A DNA stretch of 64,000 nucleotides from NCBI RefSeq assembly GCF_018977255.1, contig NW_024704750.1:3968001-4032000 (forward strand). The letters run 5' to 3'. Under the pieces are notes generated by a model. The model was not told the origin of the DNA. It made no database searches and saw nothing but the letters and a program-made list of their open reading frames with translations. Position numbers and translations under genes: made by a program. Every line of letters begins with the position of its first letter. The first letter of the stretch is position 1. This stretch comes from Callorhinchus milii. Taxonomy: Eukaryota. Positions 23,860 to 36,800 of this stretch are shown piece by piece.

Positions 23860-25869
23860 GGCAGAATAAAATAATTGCAAAATTTCCTGCACTTGTTCCC
23901 CTTACTCTGCTTGCAAGTTTGTTGTCTGCAGCATGTACAGAAGTCATCCAGCAGCCAGCAGTAGAAGGTTGAGCCACTTAAATCGGGAAAGCATTGCCCT
24001 ACGAAACAAAACAGTTGAATATTCAGCATGGTGTAGTGTTCCTCATTCTCTCAACAAAGTGCAATCTCCACATACGAAATGGATAATTCCTTTATTTGCA
24101 TAGTTTTGAGAATGTATACCTGTAAAGTTTCTTCAACGTATACTATGCTTGTTTTTCACCCCCTTCATTCTATATTCCCCTTCTTGCCATCTACTCAGTA
24201 TAATATTAAGAGTTCAGCAAACCTGGTTGAAATCTGAAACCTACTATTCCACAGCATAACCATAGAGCATCAGAACAAAGTACTGCACCATCATATTGTC
24301 CCTTTATTGAGTTGTTCACTGTTTGTGAATTACAATGCTTAATCCCAACATTGTTAGATCTAATCCAGGATATGACGAGCAAAGTGCAGGAGGACAGTAT
24401 TGCAATTTGACCAGAGAAAACAAAAACATCTATCTGGTCTTTATTGTCTATTAAAGTAGAACAGAACCCTGTGGGGTAGACTAGAACACAAACAACATAC
24501 TGGTACAGTAGTGGTGAATGAACAAAGCTGAGGATACTGAAAGAGAACTTGACAGACTGCATATTAAGCTACTTAAAGAGTTGGCTAATACAATCAATCA
24601 CACCTGGCAGGTATGTGTGGGCTGAAATATTCAGTTATGTTTATATCTGAATATTTCAATCTACAGTACTGTAACATCCAAATAGCTGAAGTATCTAAGG
24701 TGTATAGCCAGAGGAATGGAGCACAAGTTTCATGACATGAGTCATCTTGTACAGAACACTGGCCCAGCCCCACCTGAAGTTTATCCAATTCTAGTTAATG
24801 AACAACACTATTGGGATCCTTGCACTGAAGATATACATAACATAATGGGCCAAATAGCCTTCTGTGCTGTAAATTGCTATGTTTCTAAAATTCCACGGAG
24901 GGTAAACAAAATCGTATCTGAGATTAGGTACCTGAGCTAAAGAAGTTATGGAAACCAGTTTGCACTGGAGGAAAGGCAGCTCAGGGGAGACTGAATCGAG
25001 ACGTTTTGCACACAAAACAGTCACTCCACTTGGCAACGTATCGTGTGAAGCACTTTGAGTCGTCTCTACAACGTGATAAGGCTCTGTATCAAATGCAGGG
25101 ATTACTGTTATTATTTTCAAGATTGTAAGTGCTACAAATAAACCATCAAAATGTTAAAACACAAATCAGAAACCGCACAACTCGTTTAGAGGAGAAAAGA
25201 CGAACAAAAGTTTTGATTTGCTTCCCACAGAACAGCAAATATATAGCCACGGTAGCAGTTAAGATGGACAACATTAGCAAAATTCAAGAGAGTGCTAAAC
25301 AGATGTTTGCTGGAAACTGAAGTGTATTAGAAATCGAGTATTATGATTTTGAAATGTTGCGACCAGAGCAAAGTCTTCGCCAGTTTGGGTTATTTGCATT
25401 TATTTAATAATATTTAAGGACTTCATGTAATGCAGGTCAATCGACATCCCATCATTCATTAAAAATAACAGTAGTACACATTTACTGACAGAAATTGCTA
25501 CTCCGGCCCTATCCGGAGCTGTTTTCTTTGGTTTGATCTGCGATACCGAGCTAATGACAACACGTTTTAAAAGTTTCACAGCGGGAAAAGCGATACAACA
25601 ACATACATTGGTTCGCGTGTCATTCCGCAATCATCCTTCGCTTTGGCTCAACTTTGACGTCAACGAACTGCCGACTTAAACTGGAGCTTAACAAAACACA
25701 ACCGAGCAGGAGGTGTGTGTGTGTGTGAGTGTGAGTGAGAGAGAGTGAGAGAGAGACCTCCTCCAAGAAAAAAAACATTTGCGCGAAGGCAATAACCGGG
25801 TGCAAACAAAGAGAGCAGCTCTGTGTGTGTGTTTGGAGAGGTGGGGGCTCTGCTCTGTGTGTATGAGGG

Positions 25870-25901
<32 letters not shown>

Positions 25902-25949
25902 AGGGTATGATTTAGATGGCACAAAAGACAAAGCAGGGAATGTCAGGCG

Positions 25950-27300
25950 GGCAAGGAGTCAGGGTTGGGTTGGGTGGAGGTGCGGCCATGGCGGCGGTGG
26001 TGGTGATGGTGGGGGGGGGAGGGACGGGGGAGGGAGGCAGGAATCACGCGGCACCGTTTACCAACACTGACAGGCGGCCGTGAAATTCGACGGCTGAGAC
26101 TCGACCAGGAGCGCGAGCGTTCCTGGCGGAGCCGGAGGCCCAAGTGTCTGTGCCGACCCCCCCCAAAAAAAAACGGAAAGGAGGAATAAGTTCAGCCCTC
26201 GTACGGTTTGGTCCGGTCCGGCCCGGCGCCATCTCCTAAACCCGGGGAGGAGGGGGGGGGGGGGGGGGGGTGAAGAGAGCTGAGGAACAACAAAACCCCT
26301 CACACCTCCCGTCTCCCACTCGGGGAAAATCCCGCACGACCCACCGGCCGCCAGAGAGCAGTTGGCGGCACCAGACCGAGGGGGACACAGATGAGGAGGG
26401 AGGGAGGGAGGGAGAGATGAGGAGGGAGGGAGGGAGGGAGGGAGAGCGGGCGGGCGGGAAGGGCGCGCGTGGTGGGCCACCAACCGTCTGCGCTCCGCTC
26501 CGTCCGTCCGTCCGTCGGTTACCTTTCGAATGCTTCCAGAAGGATCGGCTCGCGGGGCTCCGGCCGCCACGCTGACTCCTCTCCGTCGTCTTCTTCTTCC
26601 TCCGCGCTCCCGGCAATAGTTCCCCGCCGCTGCCGCCGCCCTCTCACACTTCCGCTTTCTCCCTTTTCCCTCTCGCACTCTTAGTATGCTTCCGCCACTC
26701 CCCGCCCCGCCCCCCCATACACGCCCCGCCCCCCCCGCCCCGCCCATGCCCGGCGCTACTTTCAGGTGGCACAGGGATCCCTTCTGTTTGCAACAGTAGC
26801 ACAGCACAGACTTCCCCCCCACACACACACACACACACACACAGAGGGGGTTCAGGGATCACTGCTGCACCACACGCATCCGAAGCAAATCGCCACCAGT
26901 GCCACACGAAGCATTAGCATTAATTTTTATGTTAGAAAATTAGGAAAAAGTGTGACCGTTTCATTCTACGACCCTTTCGTTTGCAATTCGATGATTGTTT
27001 GGGGGGGGGGAGGACGGGTTTGCGGGGCTAATGGTGCGGGTGGGTGGGTGGGTGGGTGGGGCGGGCGGGCGGCGGGCGGGCGGTCGGAGTGGGTTTGAAT
27101 TGGAAAAGCTCTTTGCGAAGAGCCGACACAGACACGACGGGCCGAATGGCCTCCTTCAGTGCCGTACGATTCTATGATTCTATTTTCTCCCTTCCTCCCC
27201 CTTTCCTTCGGGGCCGATTGTGTTTAGTTCAGTCGCTGGATCGGGAGCTGATGTGGGGAGGTGGCGGCTTGCGGTGTGAAAAGTCCATGACATCAGGCAC
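25950..27300 (-). promoter_or_regulatory. PTPN21 CpG island: promoter and non-coding first exon (donor AAG|gtaacc at 26523)
   Basis: Very GC/CpG-rich, clustered CCCCGCCCC GC boxes at 26700-26745, a canonical donor, and an acceptor for exon 2 at 23998. Confidence 0.7.
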
Positions 27301-30300
27301 CTGGAATGCTATGTGCACCAAGAATTTGTGGCATGGGACAGCTGGCTGCTGAGTTGAGGATGCAGGGATCAAACTTCCTCCCCCTAACAATATACAGCTC
27401 TTACTTTATTGCTTCGAGCTTTAAAATGTTCAGAATTTTTTTCTACGACTGCAATTGAATAGCTGCTCGTTTACACAGAATAATCGAGGAGAATGTGTCT
27501 CAAAGGCTCGAACAGGATCTAAAGTCATCTGGTTTTATGCAATCGTCTCCACCCACCAAAATACATAGCCTGTTTAACACATTCCCAGATGCTATTTATA
27601 TTACTCCCTAGTTTTTTTTTAATTGAGCTTCCATTACTATTTGTGTGTTTGGCAGTGTTACAATTAGAATTTAGCTCTAGCATTCAATCAGTAGGTTGAT
27701 TTATATCGCATAATAATACTGTAATAGGCAGTGTGATTGTTGTAGGTCACTTTGGGGAAGAAAGATTCCTTCCATCAAAACACTGAGTGAAATCACCACT
27801 AATCTCTTAACAATGCAAGCCTACCACCACTGACTGTTGAGGCTCCTCTTTATTCATTTGCGGGACACATACACATTCCTCTATGATATTTATATGAATA
27901 CTTCTCACAGTGTCAAAATTGCACAGAACACGAGGACCAATCTAATCTGGTTGACTTGTATTGTACCGCCTAGAGCAAGCCTGGCACTTAAATCTTCACC
28001 ATAACATACCAAAGGTTTGCTCTACTATGTAGCAAGGTTTAAGTGTGTAGTTATACGTTACAACAACGCCCTTCACGCCGGACGGCATCTCGGACCGCTT
28101 AACTATACAACGTTTCACTCACAAGGTGTACAGTCAATTCACTTTACAGTATATTCTGTGAAGCGCTTGGAGACGTCTTGAAGATGTGATAAGGCACTAT
28201 ATCAAGTGCAAGGATTATGTTTGGCTGGCCGTTGTGGATCAGTAAATGATGTCATGAGCTACAGATTTACATTAAATCCATAAAGCCAAACTTGCAGATT
28301 TTATCCTCTTCAAATAACTAGGGAGTGCAAAACCTTCTTGGGATAAATTAATTTTGAATTTGTAAGTTAGTTCACCTCTGATTTATTTGGGGCTATAATT
28401 ATATGTTGTTCCGTGTATGTATCTATTTGCCTGTACTCTGTGCAGAAAGGTTTGAATAAAGATTAATGCCTAATCATCACTTCGAGGCAAAATTGGTACA
28501 TTAAATGTGAGTGCACATGCAATACTGCTACAGCATCACATTCCCTCGCTCATAAAAAGTGTTTACAGTGCAACATTCCCTGCTAGTGGCAATCGTAAAT
28601 CCAGCTGATTTATCCAGGAACATTTCGACATACAATTCTATTTTGAGTTAGTTCTAAAATGCTGAATGTAACATTTAAGAACAAAGTCAATTTCATTTTT
28701 GAAATCAGCTGTGATCCAGTTAAGTTCTTGACAACCTGGAACTGTTTTACAATATATTGCAACACTCTCCTTTGGCCAACACATGGTTCTATCGAGTATT
28801 CTTGATGTAAATATTTTTAAAAGTTTTGCAAGTAAAATTGACTTAAAAACATGTTTAGACCCAAATTGCTCAAAACAATTCTATTGTAAATCAAATGTAT
28901 TATTTGATTTGTACGAGAGCAATGTGATATATTGTAAAACTTTATGGGCAAGATATTTTCCACATCGAAATTAGGATACACAGAATGTCTGACAACAGTG
29001 TGTTTATTATAATTTATATGGTTCTGTAGCTTTCTACAATATTTTAACTATTAAATAATCATTCACAACAAAGTGAGAAGTGCATACGAACAATGCATAA
29101 TAATTTAAAGTTTAAAACAGAATAATACTAGTTTTTAAAAATCTAATTTGTAAATAATAAAGCAGTACTTAAAAACAGAAAATGCATCCACCATCTAAAC
29201 CGGCATTTAAATCAAATTAAATAGAACCACTGTAAAAATGTATCTTCAAATATTTAGTAGAAATATACTTTTATTAGCTCTTATACACCTATAAATTATT
29301 TTAAGAAGAAATATGTATGATATAATCATCCAAAATATTTATAGACTTAATTTTCTTAATAGATTAAGTTCTACATCTAGCCATTTGCAGCATTATAAAA
29401 GGATAACTCCTCCATGCTACATTTTCATCATGATGTTTGCTTCTTACCAAACCTATCTTTCATCATAAATGTTACATTTTTAGTGCATCTTTGATGGCCA
29501 TAGCTAATGATAGCCATAATAAATCCATCATGTCAAAACAAAATCATTAGATACAATACAAATCTAATACAATGTACACAATTTGCAATAAATAATGTGA
29601 AAACTTACTGAAAGGGAAAGTACTTTCTACTAAACTATCTATAATCGGAAGCATCAAAAAGAGATATCTCTAGATATATTGGTGCCTCAGTCACTGAAAG
29701 TTGTTCCTGTTTTATATTTTGAACTACTGGTTGGAGGCAGCCAGAAAATAAACATTGTATATAGAACTTTTCTCGTTGTAATATGAAGTTACATCCATCG
29801 AAACCATGAATTTCCTCGGGCTCCATTATCCCCATTCCCAAATCCAGTAGAAATACCTTCATGATACCACAATTGTAGAAGTTATGCACAAAATGCCTGT
29901 ACTACCCAGCAATTTTAAACCATGAAGCAAAACAATGATGGTTAATGGAGACAAGACTGGTAAGTGTAGAGACCTTTCCCTTTATTATATTTTGGATTAT
30001 GGGGTAATTCAGTAGAATGTATGTTGCCTTTAAAATATTAAAAATTAGATCAATAATGCAAATTTTAAGAATACGATTTTTAAATTGTGAATAAATGTAA
30101 ATATCTAGAATTGTTTTAATCTAAGCAATCCACTGGTGCACTGACCTACAGTCCTCCGTAAATGAGCCAAAGGATGTAGGTCTGCACCTGTGACTTAACC
30201 TGCAAGTTCCTGATCTTGGACAGGACACCTTAGGTGATGTAAAATGGTATGAATGGATGCAAGATGGAGAAAAGAAATTTGGAAGAAGAGTTCTCCCTTC

Positions 30301-30480
30301 CCTCCCACAAATGTCTAAGCAGTTGATTCTCGAGAAGCAGCAGTAGTGATATAAAGTTACTACTAAACTCCGAGAAAGTTAACTAACTCTTAGCATCAGT
30401 CAGGTTAGAGTGTGTTACAAGAGGTTACTTTAATACTGGAGGTGTTATCCAAAGGACTTAAAACAAAAGTTTAAAAAAAA

Positions 30481-30606
30481 ATTGGCTGCTGAGTTTCGCC
30501 CACAAAATATACAGTCAATTCACTTTACAGCATATTCTGTGAAGCGCTTTGAGACGTCTAGAAGACGTGAAAAGCACTATATCAAATGCAAGGATTATTA
30601 TTATTA
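30481..30606 (+). mobile_element. SINE 3' fragment, same family
   Basis: attggctgct...gcactatatcaaatgcaaggattattattatta. Confidence 0.8.
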
Positions 30607-30899
30607 TAAAAGTATTGCTTGGTAACTTTTCATAAGCACAAGGTTAGGTAACCTTCTGTAACACTATATCTGTAGTAAAACATGCACTGGAATTAGAAAT
30701 ATTGCACTAAGTATTGCACAGTGCAGGTTATAACTATAAATCAGTTATTGCTACAAACCTGACAAGTGTCAATAACCAGTTAGATGACAGTACATCACTA
30801 AAATGTAAAATTCTGTTGAGATGAGTAACTTTCAGAAGTGTAACTGCAATGAACTTCAAACAGTAAACATTGATCACAATCTATTTCTGAATCTTAACT

Positions 30900-33800
30900 T
30901 CATTCAGATACAATCTCCGCATTCTCGGTCTCCTCGTCGTGCTCTTTCACTTCAGCAGTATGAAGACATTCTGCAAAAGATTTCCCAAGATCGCGAATCT
31001 CTGATGTGTGATCACAAACACTCCCATAGTCGATGGAATGGACCGCATGTTCTTCATGTAATTTGCATAGGTTTTCTTCATGGTTTTCAGACAGGGAATG
31101 GTCTGCCTGTTTCGTTTGCAATCTGCAGACATCTTCTTCATCCTCATTCTTCGTAGCCAGGGAATGATCGACATGTGCCTTATGCAATCTGCAAATGTTT
31201 TCCTCAACCTCATTGCTTACAATCAGGGAATGGTCTGCATGTTCTTTATGTAATCTGCAAGTGGTTTCCTCATCACTTACAGTCAAGCAATGGCTTAAGT
31301 GTTCCTTATGTAATCTACAAAGGTTTTCCTCATTGTTTATAGCCAGAGAATACTTTCCTTCAATGTCATGAAATTCATGGTTTTGTTCCCTACTAACGTG
31401 AGAATGATGGTTTCCTGTAACGTTCTGGGGGTAATGAGCATGGATTCCACATTCGCCATGAAATACATGATTCCATGAATAGTTGCTTCTACAGTCTGTT
31501 GAAATATCAGCAGTTTTACTAGCACAACAATTAAATTCCATTCTCTGGTATTTTTCCACAGTTTCATTACCAGTGGTTCTCCAGGTTTTCAACTCCGGTT
31601 TACAACCCAAATCTTCTTTTAACACATCCAGGAGATGGCGTAATTTACTCTGCATGATCAACACAAATTGAACAAATAAGTATAAGAATAATCCTTGCAT
31701 TTCTAGAGCGCCTTATCATGTCGTCAAGACGTGTCAAAGCGCTGTAAAGTGGATTTCTGTGGGCAAAACAGTTTCAGTGTATATAAAAAAAATGGGTATG
31801 AAAGGGAACAATCATGCAAGTGCTGTTTTGTTACTTTTAATATGGCATCCCTCTTCCAGGATTGTGAAAGCAGTATCTCTAACTTGCTAAAGTTAAATGC
31901 AAATGTAAAAGTTATTATTATTAAAGGCACCACATCTTGCAAATGCATAACAACTGCTAAAGTGAAAGAAGCACAAAGTCAAAGATAATTGCTTTTTTCT
32001 CTTTGACTACTGTCATATTTCTATAACAGGGGAACTACTTATATGGGCCAATGTATGGATTATGAAACTCACTGTTCCCATACAGCAGCTCATGCCAAAT
32101 GTTTCCTTTGTACAGAGAAAATAAATTGAAGTGTTTTGTGGTGCATTAACTAAAACTTCCAAACCTATAATCTGGCTGTATCAGCTATTTCACTCTAAGC
32201 TTTACTAACTGAGCCATTGGGGCAGCCGTTAGTATCCAAGTACCAAAAGTAAATTTATGCAGTTGGTAAAACTAAGTTTCTAACAGGTACCTATTTTAAC
32301 ATTTAGAATGTAACTTTAAAAGTTACATTTCTGTCTTACGGTCAAGAATATTAGAATGTATTTGCATTAATTATAAATTTCACATAACATTATGTTACCA
32401 ATCTTTTTTAGTTCAAGTTTAAAATCTACCAATAAACATTAATACTTTTACCCATGTAAAGTGTGCGGATATTTTGAAAGTACTGAACCCAAGAAGTAAT
32501 ACTTACTTCATCTAGACGATGCTTGTTTTGTTCTATATAACGTTCACATATTCTTATTAAAACCCTGAATAAAAGATCAAAATAAAGAGGTTATATTATT
32601 AATGCACATATCTCCATATCATCACCAGGACCACCACTTTTCGAGCTCGGGCCATCTTACTTAATAGGGCTTTGGTTTGCAGGGTAAACAGGATCCAAGT
32701 AGAAAGAATATTATTATTATTATTAATAATGCTTTCAATGAATCTACCCTTCCAAGTTCTTCTAATGAGCCGCCCGGGTTGTGTTGACAAAAGTACTGCG
32801 TCTGGTGCAGCAACCGGCAACCGAGACCGGCTCAGAGGGTTAAAATGATTCTGACTATCCATTGCCAAGCACATCACCTCCAAGGAGACCCCCGCTTACC
32901 TCCTTACCTTCTCCCCACCCCATCTCCATCCCCACCCCACCTCCATCTCCCATTAGAAACCTGTTATATCTCAAATTATGTGAAATTGTAATCACCAAAT
33001 CTCTTGGCACAATTTTATTCAGAAGCACAATTAAAGATGTAGTTCAGGAAGCAAATTGTTTACCTGTTTGAAAATAATCCTAGAGTCAATATTTCCTTGG
33101 TAACGTCAGAGATGACTTCAAGATACTTTAGTTCTTCCTCTCTGTTTGGGAATATATGTACAATAAGGCAATTTCAAGGACACTTCTTATTTTTTATATT
33201 TAAACAAATCAATACAGCGTACGTATTTCCATTCTCTAACTCAAATCCATTGCAATACACATACTGGATAGAACAAAGCGGTAAATTCAGTAGGTTTTTT
33301 AAGGCTTTTTAATTCCAGCCATGGAACGTCCAACATTTGTTGATTGGATGACACCAATATGATTTGTGTAAATAGTACCATTATTCGTGAGAAGAAAAGT
33401 AATTACGTGGAAAGCTGTGTTGGAAAAGCAAATTGATTAGAGCACTCGCTTTGCTAGTGAGAAACCTGGGTTTGAATCACGCCTGATAATAGGCCCTCAA
33501 AAAAAAATTGGTGATTTCAAACCACGACTGTTTGTGGGGCACTGCTGTGCTCAATTGGCTGTCGCATTTTGTCCACAAATATACATCACTCACTTTACAG
33601 TCTATTCTATGAAGTGCTTTGAGACGTCTAGAAGACGTGAAAAGCGCTATATCAAATGCAAGGATTATTATTGTTATTAAATGCTTTATGTAGGTTTATT
33701 ATATAATACGAGTGCCTGAATTCTCTTCAATTACAACTAATACCAGTCCAATTTAAAAGAAAACTTCTTATGGCTTTCTAAATTGTATTTGCTATTGTTA

Positions 33801-36800
33801 ATGGGACAATTAAATACTAACCACAGTTTAATTCAAACATTTTATTAAAAAAACTCATACAATACACATCAGCCACTAATTCCCCTTTTGGCTATTTATA
33901 AATGCTCCAGATTTCCCACTAACATTATCTACTACCTTTTGGGTTTTCTGGAGAACAAGATTAACTTTACAACAAATTCTAAGATCATACCCCACTTACT
34001 CTGCTCGAATCTTTCTCATAATTGGTGACTTCATTCTTTTTGGTAAGGATAACCTGAAGGCAATTCATTTTGGAAAGAGAAAAAAAGTTATTTACCATCT
34101 TTTAACGATATGAGGTTCCAAAGTGAAACCTCCACCCCTTGTTTTTTTGCAATGAAACATTACAGTGAAACTGGTAACTAGAACTATTTACGGTAAGACA
34201 GTAAGTTTCTGTATAAATACAGTCACTATATTTCACACAAAATTTTGTGAAGTGCTTTGAGACATCCTTCCAGTGTAATTAGGCGCTTTACCAAATGTAA
34301 TGATTATTATTTATATAGTCTGTCCCCATTAATAATACAGCAGTTGAGGTCCATAAAAATAGTGTACAACTTTAGTAGAGGATATTAAATAGGTCTCAGT
34401 ATATTTTGAGAAGACCTGGTGCAGGAATTCACCTTAAGATTTAGCTCAAACAAGACATAAAGGACAAAGTGTTCTTTCTGCTGCTTTCATATTCTTTCCA
34501 TCAATCTGGGTTGAGAGACTGGTGGATGGACTGAAACTGAATCCACCGCTTGAACAGAATTTAACAGAAATTGGCTTAATAAATACTACTTTTTGAAATA
34601 CATTTGTAGAGCTGTGAGATGGTGAACATAAATACAATTGTAGTTCGGATGACACAATATCTTTTCCTTCTCCTCAGTTGGATCTTTTGCAACAAGACAT
34701 TTCATACGTACACCGATGTAGAGTAGTTATCTGCACTGTGCTCAAAACTATCTTTCTGCCTTTTGCTGTGCAAATGGTGAGCAAAAACCTTCCTGTCCTC
34801 CAGTTCTTCTGCAGACCACATCTGCCCATTTTGAGAATCCTAGCAAGACAAAGGACACATTTTTATTTGCAATTCTACTGAAATTAACATAGCATTTATG
34901 ATTACCATTAGGCTCCATAAGGCTTGATATTTACATTCTAAGGAATTGCTAGTACACCTCATTAATTCTGCAATATAACACAATATAGTCTGCAACTTGA
35001 ATTTATTTTTAAGTTTCAATTTCAGGAATATTTGTTTCAACTTTGATATGGTTTGTCAAACTTTGAGAAAATAATTATATTATCACTTGCTCCACAAATG
35101 CTTTTGATCTACAATACGTTCAACACATTCAGTCTTATCATGTTGTACTTGGGAAATGTGAAGACTTAAATCTTTCAGCAAAACACTTTTAAAATTGTCC
35201 AGCGACACAATTGACTGGTTGTCGCCTAACCTGCTGTGGTGCCAACTGTGAATAATTCCTCTTCTCCTGTGAATATACATCTTGAAAGCTGTAAAATATA
35301 AATAAATAAAATCCTTACATTTGATATAGTACCTTACATGGTCACGAGGATATCCCCAAAATGCTTCACAGATACACTGTAAAGTGCAGTGACTGAGTGG
35401 CGTAGGCGCAACTTAAATTAGTGTGATGGCAGCTAGCAGGATACTATTAGACATAAAAACAGAAGTCGCTGGGAAAACTCAGCAGGTCAGACAGCATCTA
35501 CGGAAAGAGGAGGATGTGTTAATGTTTCAGGTCGATGACCTATCGTCAGAATCTCTCCATAGAATTTGCCTGACTTGCTGAATGTTCTCAGCGACTTCTG
35601 TTTTTGTTTCAGATTTCCAGCATCTGCAGTATTTTGCTTTTGGAGACTATTAGACCTGTCATCCAAGCTGATGTTTTTGGTCGGTAAAGCCTGTCTTTAC
35701 GCAGCAGACAGCTCCGTAAAGCTGTCTGTTTACTAACAAAATGGAGATACTCTCTTCACTCTAAGGAAGCAAAGTATTTCAAACACTTTTTTTTTAAATG
35801 GTTGTCTTCCTGGGGGGGAGTTCTTCATATTAAAAGTATTTTCCCTCCTTTAAACTGTCTTGTTGACACAGGGTTGCTGTCAATGTAATTGAAATTCGCA
35901 AAGCATAAAAGGTACCAAACACCTGAAGAATAAAGTGTGGGACTGGATTCCAGGGTTAAGGTTGTTTCAGTTTTTGTGTGGTAACAATGCTGGAAGCATC
36001 AGGAGAAAATGGTCCTCATTAACAGGGCTTTACAGTACCTGTCAAAATCAGTCTGCGTTTCTTGCTCTATCAGTATCTTTCTTGACTTCTGTTTCTTCTG
36101 TACAGGAGTGTAAAACCTGTACTGGGACAGAAAGGACTGTGCTTCATTTTTCAGAATACGTGGAGTAAACGGTTGATGCCCATCTGTGAAATGGTGAGCA
36201 TGTTTCTCTAAAACATCACCGCTGTAGGTTTTTTGGTGGGGATCCTGAAATGGTCTGTAGCAATGCTGGCTGTTGGCATTCGTCGATGATGAATCAAAAG
36301 AAATGCCATGACGCTGTCGTTGGGATGCCGAGATTCCGTCATTCAGGTCAGAGTAGGCCCTACTGGAGATTTTCTCAATGGTTTCTTTACCAATGTTGGA
36401 AGTGGAGGGCAATACTGAATACTTCTCTTTCGAAGAAGCAAAGGACCGGGCTGAATGCACATAATTTTCTAAATCTGTGGATGGCTCATTGCGTAGCAGT
36501 ATGGAAGGATTCTGTAAAAAGGGAAACAAACTGTAAAAGAAACTAGGCTCTGAAATGTACTGACATACTTGTGCAGGTTTTAATATATGACTCTCCACCC
36601 AAACATAAACTGTGAATACAAACACCTCCGAAACATAGTTTTCATTAGCAGATGTTTTATATATGGCTCCCATGAGCATGGTTAGAAGGAGGTAATGTTT
36701 CAGTACAGGGACGTTATCTGAAGAAACCATCTTCCAATGTCACCCCATGACATTAGGGCAAAAAAATGCCCTATAGGGCAAAAAAATTGTCAAAATGCAA

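Noticed and set aside
25943-27352. Multiple overlapping ORFs in the PTPN21 CpG island
   Set aside because: GC-rich stop-poor sequence with no recognisable protein.
32307-32329. AT-rich 11-bp-arm palindrome aatgtaacttt-a-aaagttacatt
   Set aside because: Short and AT-rich with no supporting context; plausible by chance.
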